Source: Octopus bimaculoides
Taxonomy: Eukaryota
Reading direction: 5' to 3'
NCBI RefSeq assembly: GCF_001194135.2
Contig: NC_068989.1
Span: forward strand, 90,528,092 to 90,592,091
Length of the DNA stretch: 64,000 nt
In this document: positions 24,040-35,963 of the stretch, in pieces
How positions within the stretch are numbered: position 1 is the first letter of the stretch
Layout of the letters: each line of letters starts with the position of its first letter
Program-made: the position numbers and the translations under genes
Notes under the pieces: generated by a model
What the model was told of the DNA's origin: nothing
Database searches by the model: none
What the model saw: only the letters and a program-made list of their open reading frames with translations

Positions 24040-24315
24040 AGATTGGGAGTTGTACTCACAGTGGCTAGATCGTGGGTTCGATTTCTGAACTAAGCGGTGT
24101 GTTGTTTTTTTTAAGCAAAACACTTCATTACATGTTGCCCCAGTACACTTAGCTGTAAATGGGTCACCCCTGTGATGGACCATTCTTCTGATCAGGGGAA
24201 ATGTTGGCCTGCTCACCTAGACAGTGGGGTGGCACGATTCGAAAGCTAAAATATGATGCAAAGTGCATTGTGACCAGCGATGTATAACAACATTTGACCG
24301 TTTGGTCAATCACGT
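24040..24315 (+). mobile_element. tRNA-headed SINE (family H): B box, CORE-like block, then a V-domain-like cccctgtgatggac segment
   Basis: gggttcgatttc B box; agcaaaacacttcattacatgttgccccagtacac; matches 6435-6680. The domain names are from memory. Confidence 0.65.
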
Positions 24316-25195
24316 AGTATATACGCACATCCACATCTATATATGCATGTGTCTTGTTCACAGGAGAAAACAACATGGGCTAACAGCTGAAGGATTGCAA
24401 TCCTGTTAAGCCTCGTGCATGTCTGCTTTCAGTGCTGCCATGTTTTGGGTGGATCGTCATGGCCTGAGTCAGTCGAGTTGTTAAGGCCTTCCTAGGTGGG
24501 AGCAGACGAATGCTTTTAATGTGTGGCAAAATAAACTGGACATACCTTTTAGCATCGGTCTTGTTTTGATTTACTGAAGGGTTTCACACCAACAGATGTT
24601 GTGACCTCCAGTTGAAGGCTGAAGAAGGGAACACACACGCATGCACATGGCATATGCAAACACATCCACACATACACATATGCACGTACATGACACATAA
24701 CACACGCACACACACACGACTTGTGCACACACACACACACAACTTGTGCACATACACACACACACAGTGACACACGACTCACACACAATGTGACACACAC
24801 ACATGAAATGCACGCATGCACATGGCACACACACACAACGCATGCACATACACAGTGACACACACACACACACACACACACACAATGTGACACACGACAC
24901 ATACACACATGACTCACACACACACACACAGACATACACACGCACATGCGACACAGCTTTGTTTAATACTGTCCTTCACATAGCAGTAATCACAGAGGAT
25001 GACGACAGTCTGTCTGTCTGTCTGTCTGTCTACATTGGTAATGACTATCCATATGAAAGGCTATATGTTGTAAAAGAATATCCTCATCATCATTTTGTCA
25101 TCATCCACCCTAATAAGGAATCGTTTTATTTTAATGAGTGTGTGTGTACGTATACAGGTGTGTGTTGCAATTATTACATTTAGGACTTAATTAAT

Positions 25196-25410
25196 CCCTT
25201 TTGATACCATCTTACCTGAGACTGTCCATGGTTTTCTCATACACACTTCTTGTTTTAATGTCATCCAAATTTAAATTGCTTATTAAAATTTCATATTAGT
25301 TAATTTTCTAAACGTCATTTTAATGATAATAGAAAAGTTCGTTAACTAAATTCTTCATTATTTTAAATATTAATTGAAACTCAGACAGTTGATTTCAACA
25401 GAAATATGGT
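25196..25410. mobile_element. piggyBac-like MITE, opposite orientation to 30061-30300
   Basis: ttaa-t-cccttttgatacc left end; the body is the reverse complement of the 30061-30300 copy; right end interrupted by a family A SINE. Confidence 0.75.
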
Positions 25411-25559
25411 GTAGGTGTGTGGTAAGAAGTTTGCTCTCCAACTGCATGGTTCCAAGTTCAGTCCCACTGCGTGGCACCTTGGGCAGGTGTCTTCTACTTG
25501 GTCCAGCCAGCCAGAGCCTTGTGAGTAGATTAGCAAACAAAAACTGAAAGAAGCCTGTC

Positions 25560-25633
<74 letters not shown>

Positions 25634-25900
25634 CAGGCTTCTTTCAGTGTGTGTGTGTGCCTGCCTGTCTGTTTGTATGTATGTCTGTGTCTCCCACCAC
25701 AGCTTGACAACCGGTGTTAGTGTGTTTACATTCCCATAACTTAGCAGTTCAGCAAAAGAGACTGATAGACTAAGTACCAAGCTTAAAAAAAAAGACACAA
25801 TAAGCCCCAGGATCGATTTGTTAGACTAAAATTCTTGAAGGCGGTGCCCCAGTATGGCCACAGTCTACAAAACTGAAGCAAGTAAAAAATAAAAGATAAA
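25408..25900 (+). mobile_element. Family A SINE with internal (TA)33 and a local inverted duplication
   Basis: Head, CORE-like block and tail present; ctgaaagaagcctgtcat / atgacaggcttctttcag flank the TA run. Confidence 0.85.
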
Positions 25901-26045
25901 AAAAAAGGTCAGTTGTATCAAAAATGCAACAAAAATGTGCACCACCATGTTGATCCTCATTTTTGCTGTTATCATCATCGTCATCATCATCATCATTGCC
26001 AAGGACATACCTCACATATTTTCACTTGTTTCATTTTGATGCCAG

Positions 26046-26121
26046 CATCACCATCACCATCACCATCACCATCACCATCACCATCACCATCACCATCACC
26101 ATCACCATCACCATCACCATC
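26046..26121. repeat. (CATCAC)n hexanucleotide array
   Basis: Direct inspection. Confidence 0.9.
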
Positions 26122-26509
26122 AGCAGCAGCAGCAGTATTATCACAACTGTTTTTTTTTTAGCTTTTGTTTATTTCTTTCTTGTGCAAAAGGATCTTGTAT
26201 ATAGGTCATCTCTTTTTCTTTCTCTATTGTGTCCCCTCATATGTGGAGTGGCAGCTGGTGGTGGTCGTGACAAGAAAGAGTTGATGCTTGTGGTGGTGGT
26301 GGTGGTGGTGGAAGTGTTGGGAGTAATGGGGTGAGACGTTGAGCCTGTTGACTGCTCTATCGCATCCAATCAGAACCAAAGTCCATTCTTTCTCTCGCAA
26401 TCTTATCCTTGCACGCCACCGCATGCTTGAAAGTCTGTGTGTCTCTCTCGTCTGGTGCTTTCACTATCTCACAATGGAATTTCGGTTAGGAAATGTTGTT
26501 ATCATTTGG

Positions 26510-26703
26510 TTGGTTGGTGGCATGTAAAAAGCACCATTCAAGGGTGGTCATTGCCAGTGCTGCCTGACTGGCTCCCATGCCAGTGGTATATAAAAAGTAC
26601 CATTCGAGTGTGGTCATTGCCAGTGCTACCTGACTGGCTCCTGTGCCGGTGGCATGTAAAAAGTACCATTCAAGTTTGGTCGTTGCCAGTGCCACCTGAC
26701 AGA
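26510..26703 (+). mobile_element. RTE 3'UTR tandem units only (66-nt period), no tail
   Basis: Three gtggcatgtaaaaag(c/t)accatt-type units. Runs into the right end of the piggyBac-like MITE (ggttggtatcgaaaggg|ttaa, ending 26771). Confidence 0.75.
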
Positions 26704-27319
26704 GCTTTTGAAAACAAGACATTTGTACGACAGAACCAGAGGTGGTTTCAGCCAGGTTGGTATCGAAAGGGTTAATGATAACAATATCATAGGATTTTTT
26801 TTAAATATGCAATGGCTATGAGGTTGGGGGGTCATCCTAAAATAGGAATCAAAGGGTTCCATAGGCAAAAAATTGTTGAAAACCACTGGGTCGAACCACA
26901 AGCCAACCAAATTTCCACCTGTCCCATGTTGATCAGTTTGTGATTGGTGGTTGCTGGTTGATGTGATAATATGCCAACTGAGAGAGAGAGAGAGATAACA
27001 AACCTTGTTCACTGGAATAGATAACACACCTTGTAGATACCATGTTGAAACTGATACACACCTTATTTAAATATCTTGTTGATAATGCAAGCCGTTCAGG
27101 TAACCTCTATATGGTTGTTTAATTGACTAGAAATAGCAGCAAAAATTCCCCTCAAATCACATCCCATTGTCCTAGAAAAGATGACTGCATTATATAAATG
27201 TGGTCTTGGCTGTACTAAGCCAAGGCAAAAAGTTGGCATTTTCATGAACACAAGATCTATCATCAAAAGTGGGCATGATCAGGACTTACCTGGGGTTAAA
27301 CAACAACAACAACAGCTGG

Positions 27320-27590
27320 CTTGTAAATATGGTAATCCTGTGCCAGCCAGTTCAGAATCCTTTAACTTATTCATTGCTAACATAATGTTGTCCCACCATT
27401 GGTATTTTCTATGGTCCCTCTTCAGACATTCACTGGAATTGTTAGCATTGTTTGTTTTAGGGTCCATATCATTATGGCAAACATTTACTATCTTCCTTTT
27501 CAAATTCTTCAGTTTGTCTGGTAGTTCTTCATAGCTTTTACCCCAAATACTCCATTAGTATCATATTTCTGCACCATTCCTTCCAAAATT
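27320..27590 (-). mobile_element. Possible highly degenerate RTE ORF C-terminus
   Basis: Minus-strand VCHNDMDPKT...RKYQWWDNI loosely resembles GHVCRHD..PKT...RGRPRK.W.DNI; frameshifts are required. Confidence 0.35.
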
Positions 27591-28124
27591 GGTTGGTACC
27601 TCTGTATCTGTCTGTCTCTCTCCATCTAAGTCTGTCTGTCTGTCTCTGTTCAACTTCTCTTTCTCTTATCCTCCATCTCTCCTGTTTTGGAAACATCTGC
27701 TCCCAATTCTGTATTCCTTCTTCCTCTGAAAGAATCAAGCCAACAGTTATCTCTTTCTCTTTTCTTTCCTTTTTTGTTTGAGAGAGTCACATGGTCGAGA
27801 GGCAGAACCAATGGGAGTCTAGTAGAGAATAGTGTAAATTCGGAGGAACGAGGTAGAGACTGGAGCGGAGGTGGGGGTGGCAGAAGTGTTGATAATAATT
27901 ATCTCTGTTTCAAAAGTGATTTTTATTTAGATTCTCGTTTAATAGGTTCAGAGTACATTTCAAAAATAACAAAAAGAATATAAAGAGATTGTTGCATAAA
28001 GACAGGAAACCATCCATGAATGAACCCCACCACCCACCCACCCAAGCCCATATACATGCATGATGCAAGCACTGGCTTTTGAGTGGGGTGGTGGTGGTAG
28101 AAATAGTAATTCAGTCTGATTTAG

Positions 28125-28360
28125 ACTCAAGGCCAAGAATTTTGTGGACAAGGTTGGTCCACTACATTGCCCCCCAGAGGGGACAAACAAGGGATTAAGT
28201 CAATTACATTGACTCCAGTGTTGTAACTGGTACTTAATTTATCTAACGATGAAAGGCAAAGTCGACCTCGGCGGAATTTGAACTCAGAACATGAAGACGG
28301 ACGAAATACCGCAAAGCATTTCGTCCAGCACGCTAACGATTCTGCCAGCTCACTGCCTTA
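28125..28360 (-). mobile_element. Family B SINE, near full length
   Basis: gaaaggcaaagtcgacctcggcggaatttgaactcagaac...gctaacgattctgccagctc. tRNA-like A box tggcagaatcg and B box gagttcaaattcc on the minus strand. Confidence 0.85.
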
Positions 28361-28684
28361 ACAGACAATTGTCCAGTTTCTATGGTCGATAAGTGATTGG
28401 GATCACGGCATTTGTCTGAATAGGATGTTGGTCTGTTTTAGGGTTCAGTTTTTGAGGGGAGGAGACATTGCCCTCCTCCCCATACTTGACAGGTATTTGC
28501 TTTTATTGACCCTGAAGAAATGAAAGGTAAAGGTGACTGAGGTGGGAGTTTGTCTGACATGGGGACAACTCTGCCAACTTGCTGCCTTGTGTGTGTGTTT
28601 GTGTATGTATGTATGTTTGTACTTGAGAAGACATGCCCACCACAACAGAATTGAGATCCTGAAACCAAGGTTCCACTTAAAAAG

Positions 28685-28875
28685 CATTGGTGTTGGTGAT
28701 GGTGCCACATAAAAAGCACCAAGTACATTCTGGGGAGTGGTTGGCATTAGGAAGGGCATTCAGCCATAGAAACAGACTATGGAACCTGGTGCGACCCCTG
28801 GCCTTGCCAGTTCCTGTTGTGCCATTCAGCCCATGCCAGCATGGAAAATGGACATCAATTGTTGTTGATGATGAT
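28685..28875 (+). mobile_element. RTE-tail element (R3-like)
   Basis: gtgccacataaaaagcacc...gtggttggcattaggaagggcattc...cccatgccagcatggaaaatggac. Confidence 0.75.
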
Positions 28876-30060
28876 ATATATATATATAATTAAACCTTGG
28901 GAGAGGCATTATGCCGGTAATAAACACACGCACTGGTTCAGTCCTTTATTAATTTATATAGTTTTTTGTTAAATTATTTCATTGCACTCTTGCAATCTCT
29001 TCAGTAACTTGTCTCTCCACTTCCATTTATTTTGAATATATGTGTGTGTGTGTGTGTGTCTGTCTGTAACTGTCATTCAAGCAGTATCCTTTGTTTCCAG
29101 TTTTACCTTATTTGGGAATAGGTGAGGATTGGTGACAGGAAGAGCTTCCGGCCATAGAAAACCGCCTGCAAATTCTGTCTGACCCATGCAAGCATGGAAA
29201 AGTGAATGTTAAACAGTGATGTGTATTTATTTGTTAAACCAAAATATGTAAGGTTGTATGTGTTTGCGTATTTAAGTACGCACTCGCACGTCCATATGAA
29301 TAGATTTTTCTCTCCTAATTTACAGAGTCTCTTCTTCATCCCACCCATGAATACATCCAGTCGTTTGTTTGATTGCTTATTCATTGTATTCAGTGTGTAG
29401 GTCACAGTTGTATTGTGCTCACAGTCCATGTGAGCTGTTCTGTTATAATGTCATTCTTTTGTTAGTCAGTCGTCATAATTAACGTTATTTTCGTTATTCA
29501 AACAATCCAACAAACACAAATAAACAAAGGAAACAATAATTTTTTTATTGCTGCGGAAATAAGGAAATGGTATGGCAAGAATGGTGAAGTGCCAGACAAA
29601 ATACCATAATTATCTGCAGCGCAATTTTAGACATCTGCTTTCTCTTCAGTTAGTTTTTATCACTTCATAAAACAATACCAGTAAAATACTGGGGGGGGGG
29701 GGGGATTGATTGATGTGGTTTTTGAACCTTCTCCTAAATGGACTTTGGGAATCACTGTGTCTACAGAGGGATTCCAAAGTCCCTTTAGGAAAGTGCCTTC
29801 TCCCAGGTCTTATTGGCAGCCTACAGGTATCCCCAATTTCCTCGTCAAATAATATTTGAAGAAGTTAAGAAAAGGACATGGACCGAGATAAAAAGCTGTC
29901 CTTGACCACATTCACTTCACAATTTGTTTCAAAATAGCCATCAGATAGGAAATTGTCCTTTCTTGCTAAAGAAAGCCAGTGGATCAGTGTTCATATTAGA
30001 CATGGTTCGTAGCTGGACCTGTCCTTCATGTGGTAATAACTGTTTGACGTAAACCCTTAA

Positions 30061-30300
30061 CCCTTTTCTTACCATATTTCTGTTGACATTTGTTGCTTTT
30101 GTTTCAATATATTCTTAAAATATAATAAAGAATTTAGTAAAACAACTTTCCCATTATTAAGCTGGGGTTTGGAATAAATTAGCATAAAATTTTGGTGGAA
30201 GATTATAATTTAGATTATAATTATAATTTAGACCACTTTATAAGAGTAAGTTTATGTCATAGAACCTGGTGTGGCCTCAGGTAGGTTGGTATCAAAAGGG
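30061..30300. mobile_element. piggyBac-like MITE, 240 bp
   Basis: TTAA (30057-30060)|cccttttcttacc ... ggtatcaaaaggg|TTAT; TIRs match at 11/13. Confidence 0.8.
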
Positions 30301-31191
30301 TTATTAAGTCAGCAAGATGCAGATGCAAGGTGTGTGTGTGTGTGTGTGTGTGTGATGGTTTCATCATCCTGTGCACATTTTGGACAGTTTCAGGTACTGG
30401 CTACTCTGTCATGGCCATTTGTGTACAGCATACCTTAAACAACCAAAGCCCGTCATCTGTAACCTTGCTAGACCAGGGACTTTTGGAAAATGTCTGTAAT
30501 CCCCAATGTGAAATTTTTTCTGAAGTGACTACTTAGATTGTTGTAATTGTTCCCCAGAATCATTTCCAGATCACTATTGCTTATGGCTTCCATGAACCCT
30601 CTATCAAATGTGAGGGTTGGCAGAAGGCAGTGAGTATCTGGCACCATTCCAAATGCAAAGGCCTTGCTTTGGTCTATACTTGACCCAGGGTTGCAAATCA
30701 GTCAAAGAAATGACCTATTATCAGACCTGTTCTGCAAACAGTGACCACATCTATTCACCATTGTCATTGTCCAGGAGTCTCTGGAGATGTGCCAGTCACA
30801 ACGTATTGCCTTGTGTTTCATCAGCCACACCATCCTGAGACCTCACTGTTGTGGGCTTTGGGAGCAGGTTGAGNNNNNNNNNNNNNNNNNNNNNNNNNNG
30901 GCCTGAAGAACCTACTCCTTTTACAAGAAGTAAAAGGCCATACGCTCCAGTTTGGTTAGATATTTCCTGAGACAGGTTATGAGAAAGAGGCAGTAGTGCA
31001 CAATCAATGCTATGTGGATGTGTGTTACTTGTGCCCAACTTTTCTGAGACAGCTTCTTCCCCTCAACCCATTTCTAAGTAATGGAATTGGTTACTCTTCT
31101 TATGACCACTTCTCAGTCTTTATCAACCGAGAGGGAAGAACATCGCAGTTGATCCTGAGGCGTAAGTTGAGCCAGGAGAGTAAACGGTCAA

Positions 31192-31441
31192 GATTAGAAT
31201 GTCACGAGAAAGAATCTCAAGACAGACTCTTCAAGCTGAAGAGTCAGCTGGTGGGACATGTAGGGCTTGACCGAGAATGAAATGCTCGGATAATATCTGT
31301 AATCTCAACTGGTCATGCTTTGGAATTCAGCAGGAAAGCGTAATGATGGTTCATTCTGATAAGATCCTATGGAAGAGGTGAATGAGGACTTCTACCCTTT
31401 CCACCCCAGGAATTGTTGGTGGGGGAAAATGGATGGATGGA
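31192..31441 (+). mobile_element. RTE/Expander-like LINE 3' fragment, same family as 1363-1845
   Basis: IRMSRERISRQTLQAE...*PRMKCSDNICNLNWSCFGIQQESVM...LWKR*, ending ggaaaatggatggatgga. Confidence 0.75.
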
Positions 31442-31702
31442 GGGTCAACGGACGTAGTTATTATAAGTTGTTTCCAAGCATTTAGAGCAGCACTTTATTG
31501 TTTGTGCCACTGCACTTCCTTTCAAGTTGTATTAGTAATAATAATAATAATAGTAAAGATGATGATGAAATTAATAATGATATGGTTTATTTGGCACAAA
31601 GCCTATAAAATGTTAAAGAGGAATGCACCGATTAATCTGGCCAAAAGTGTGATTTTGGCAAGAGAGAGTGTACATGTACCTACATACACATGCACACACG
31701 CA

Positions 31703-31740
<38 letters not shown>

Positions 31741-31902
31741 CCTATGTATGTAGATTCGTATGTGCACTACTTGTGCATGTGTAAATGCACATTGGTGTGT
31801 GCATTATGCATAATATTTATGGACATGTGCAAGTATACATGCATGCATGTTCACATATACACAGCTAGCTTTGTTTATGAAAATCTTTCAGCATTACATA
31901 CA

Positions 31903-31953
<51 letters not shown>

Positions 31954-32706
31954 TATCTCGTTACACTTCCGCTAATAGCTTTTCCTTAATTAGCTTACAA
32001 GCAATGATACAAAGAATAACATGAACCAACATAAGAGAAGGGGGAAAAAAAAGGGGGAGAGAGACCAGGAGACTAGAAGCATCCATTGATTAATAAAGTA
32101 CCGTTACCTTGATACTGTTACTACCATCACTACTACTACTACTACTACTACCACCTCCACCACTACTACCATTACTACTGCCACCACCACATTGTCGATA
32201 TTTTGTTGTTAATTTTGAATATTTGAATTGTATTTCTTTGTTGTGTGTGACTTGTGAAAGGGAAAAGTAAAAATAATTTTTAAATATTTAAAAAAAAAAA
32301 TGTTTTTGTAAATAATATCGCTTAAAGAGTGTAAAGAAAATATATTTTTAAAGATAGGTGATAGGGGGTAATTTAGAGGGTGGGGAGGAGAAGGAGGAGA
32401 AGGTCTGGTAACAGGCCAGTAAGTCAATTGTCATGACTTTTTCCTCCACCCCAATATATGTGTGGGTGTGTGTGTGTGTGTGTGTATATATGCGTGTACA
32501 CACTCACATACACATTGAAGACAAAAGAAAGATATAGCAAATTCTGTCAAAAAAAAAAATCAAAAAACAGTCATTTTGAGTAAACTGTGTAAAGAAAAAA
32601 ANNNNNNNNNNCCACTGGTTTGCGTAGCTTCAACTGTTTTTACTGATAGGAAAGAGTGTTTGTCAAGAATCGACTTGTCTCAACTTGAACCCACACTAGG
32701 CCTGTT

Positions 32707-32746
<40 letters not shown>

Positions 32747-33049
32747 GCTGTCTGCCTGTGGCTGCATAGTTAGCAGCTGTAGTTAAGTTCATCCTTTCTT
32801 TCTCCTATCATACCTGTAGTGTGTGTGTATGTATGTATCTATCTATCTATCTATCTATCTATTTGTCTGTCTATCTATCTATCTACCTATCTAGCTATCT
32901 GTCTATGTATGTATGTATTTATTTATTTATTTATGTATGTATGACTGTATGTATGTGTCTATCTATTTATGTATGTTTGTATCTCTATCTAACCCTACCT
33001 ACCTGTCTGTCTGTCTGTCCATCCATCCTTCCTTCCTTCCATCCATGTG

Positions 33050-33350
33050 TATGATGGACTCTCTTGTCAAGGACGACATATGAGTGTCCAACTTTTGCAG
33101 AACTACCTGCCGCACAAATGATTTGCTTTATAGTGATCAAATGTATTGTGCTGCCGCCGCACATTGGCAGGCTCCATCCATTAATGGAATACATTAACCC
33201 CAATGCTTAACTGCTAATTATTTTATTACCTGTGAAGGGATGAAAGGCACAATTAACCTTGGCAGAATTTGACCTAAGTTTGTAAAGATGGATGAAATGC
33301 CACTAAGATTTTTGTCCAACCTGCTAACGACACTGCTAACTTACCTTATA
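33050..33350 (-). mobile_element. SINE with family B head/core and the tail found at 43370-43640
   Basis: gatggactctc...gacatatgag...tttatagtgatcaaatgt tail joined to gaagggatgaaaggcac...ggcagaatttga. Confidence 0.6.
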
Positions 33351-33490
33351 TTGGTAATCAATTAGACATTTCTCCAAGCGTTTACTGGTCTGCTCAATCT
33401 GGTATTCAAAATAGGTTATTCAATGGTTAATATATAAATCCACTAAGAATTCAGGTAATGTTAATGTTATTTTCCCATAATCCTTATTAC

Positions 33491-33520
<30 letters not shown>

Positions 33521-33521
<1 letters not shown>

Positions 33522-33920
33522 GGCGTAGGAGTGGCTGTGTGGTAAGTAGCTTGCTTACCAATAGCATGCTTTGGGGTTCAGTCCCACTGCGTGGCACCTT
33601 GGGCAAGTGTCTTCTGCTATAGCCTCGGGCCGACCAAAGCCTTGTGAGTGGATTTAGTAAACGGAAACTGAAAGAAGCCCGTTGTATATATGTGTGTGTG
33701 TGTGTGTGTGTGTATTGTATGTGTGTGTTTGTCCCCTCACCATCGTTTGACAAATGATACTGGTGTGTTTATGTCCCCGTAACATAGTGGTTTGGCAAAA
33801 GAGACCGATCGAATAAGTACTAGGCTGACAAAGAATAAGTTCTGGGGTCGATTTGTTCAACTAAAGGCAGTGCTCCAGCATGGCCGCAATCAAACGACTG
33901 AAACAAATAAAAGAATAAAT
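33521..33920 (+). mobile_element. Family A SINE, full length, inserted in (TTA)n
   Basis: tggcgtaggagtggctgtgtggtaag...aaacaaataaaagaat, with TTA runs on both sides. Confidence 0.9.
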
Positions 33921-33922
33921 GA

Positions 33923-33955
<33 letters not shown>

Positions 33956-33957
<2 letters not shown>

Positions 33958-34085
33958 GGTGGCGAGCTGGCAGAATCGTTAGCATGCTGAACGAAATGCT
34001 TAGCGGTATTTTGCCTGTTACTACGTTCTGAGTTCAAATTGCGCCGAGGTTAACTTTACCTTTGATCCTTTCGTAGGTCAATAAT
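33956..34085 (+). mobile_element. Family B SINE 5' half
   Basis: aaggtggcgagctggcagaatcgttagc...gttctgagttcaaatt...ctttgatcctttcg. Confidence 0.8.
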
Positions 34086-34580
34086 TTATATATATGAATT
34101 AAAGAGAGAGACAAAAAGGAGTTAAAAAAATCCAGGCAGATATCAATAAGCACTGTTTTAAACGATTTTGATTAATTATATCAAACAGATACAAATGAAT
34201 GCAAGTAGAATACACATCCAACAGGTGTTGGTTTGTTGATATCCCTGTAATTTAGTGGTTTGGCATAAGCGACTAATAAAATAAGCACCAGGCTTTAAAG
34301 AAAAAAAGCGTAGTAGGGTCTATTCATTTGACTAAAAATTTCCTTCACGGCAGTGCCCCAGCATGGCCACAGTCTAATGATTGAAACAAGTCAGAGAGAG
34401 AGAAGCTGCAGAATCTGTCTGTGTGAATGTTGATCGTATGGTTTTTATCATCCTTTCCTCTTCCTCCTTGTCCTCGACCACTGATTCCGTTGCCCTTACC
34501 ACTGCTGCCACCTGTCTGCATTCAATTATTAATCCACAAGGGTGTGTGTGTTTGTGTGTATATGTGTTGGTGGCCTCTGT

Positions 34581-34618
<38 letters not shown>

Positions 34619-34705
34619 TGCTAGGTTATCAAGTCACCATCTAAGTCATCACAGTGTTCAAAAGGCAAGTCAATCTGGGGAAATTTATTCTCCAAGGCAC
34701 ACACA

Positions 34706-34737
<32 letters not shown>

Positions 34738-34804
34738 TACACACACACACACTGTCTTTTTTATGTATAATCATACATGTACATGCGTGTGTGTGTGTTA
34801 TATA

Positions 34805-35034
34805 TAGTAATCCCTTGACTATTGTGGGTGTTATGTTCCACCCCCCACCCCCCGCGATAGGTGAAAATCCGCAAAGTGGAAACAGTGCTGTACTGTATAT
34901 GTTTTTTTATTATTATTTTTATAATTTGTATATATTTATTTTATCATAAATGCAAAACAACAGCATGGAGGAATCGACGTATGCTTAAATAACATACCGC
35001 GATAGGTGAACCGCGATATGGCGAAGGATTACTG
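34805..35034. mobile_element. Tigger/pogo-like (Tc1-mariner) MITE
   Basis: TA|tagtaatcccttg ... gcgaaggattactg|TG ends, and subterminal direct repeat ccgcgataggtgaa at 34852-34865 and 34997-35010. Confidence 0.7.
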
Positions 35035-35097
35035 TGTGTGTGTGCATATATATATAATGTGAACTGGCAGATTTGCCATTGTTAACACTTTCCTTCA

Positions 35098-35149
<52 letters not shown>

Positions 35150-35225
35150 GAGTGGGTATGTGTGGGCAAGTGTCTTCTACTATAGCCTCGGGCCAACCAA
35201 TGCCTAGACGGAAACTATACTATCA

Positions 35226-35376
35226 GAGTGGTTGGCATTAGGAAGGGCATCCAGCTGTAGAAACTTTGCCAGATCAGATTGGAGCCTGGTGCAGCTGCTT
35301 CCTTTCCAGGCCTCAGTCAAACTGTCCAGCCCATGCCAGCATGGAAAACGGACATTAAACGATGATGATAATGATG
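35226..35376 (+). mobile_element. RTE 3' tail copy
   Basis: gagtggttggcattaggaagggcatccagctgtagaaac...ggacattaaacgatgatg. Confidence 0.8.
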
Positions 35377-35597
35377 GCAAATTAAAAAAACATGCAAACT
35401 ACCCATTTTCTTTCCTGCACATTGACAAATGTAATGCAGTTAAGTTAGGTAGCCATATATGGAATTTGAAGGCCATCTCCACACTACATACAATTAAGAA
35501 TGTTAATGGCTCTAAGAAATGCAACTTATGTATAGCAGAAAAAATTATATTCTTCTTATATCCAACAATTCCTACACACTGCTTCATTCCAGGTCTG

Positions 35598-35600
<3 letters not shown>
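35377..35600 (+). mobile_element. Penelope (Poseidon-type) GIY-YIG C-terminal remnant
   Basis: [29 protein letters not shown]...[20 protein letters not shown], matching the H..SF....LS.YIW.LK...NGSK.C.LC..EK pattern of Penelope-like elements. Confidence 0.75.
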
Positions 35601-35663
<63 letters not shown>

Positions 35664-35702
35664 ATATATATATATAAACATATATATATATGTGTGTGTG
35701 TA

Positions 35703-35760
<58 letters not shown>

Positions 35761-35812
35761 CTAATGTATACAGTATTTAAGATAAGAGCTTCCAATAATT
35801 TCTTGTCATAGT

Positions 35813-35963
35813 GACACTGAGATTATGCAGATTTACATAACGTGTTTTATGTCTCCAAATAATCTTCAGGCTCATAGCACTTGGTTCTATTTGAAAACCA
35901 GGAGACTTGAAGATTGTTTGGAGACACAAGCCACGTTATACAAATTTGTCTAACGTCAGTGTC
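35813..35963. repeat. Fold-back inverted repeat with degenerate hammerhead-like cores
   Basis: Arms 35813-35873 and 35902-35963 are reverse complementary (e.g. tgtctccaaataatcttcag vs ttgaagattgtttggagaca). Confidence 0.75.

Noticed and set aside
27279-27503. Minus-strand ORF ending at a perfect CAG|GTAAGT donor (about 27290)
   Set aside because: The donor lies within a family F repeat and the ORF looks like decayed RTE sequence; no antisense gene is supported.
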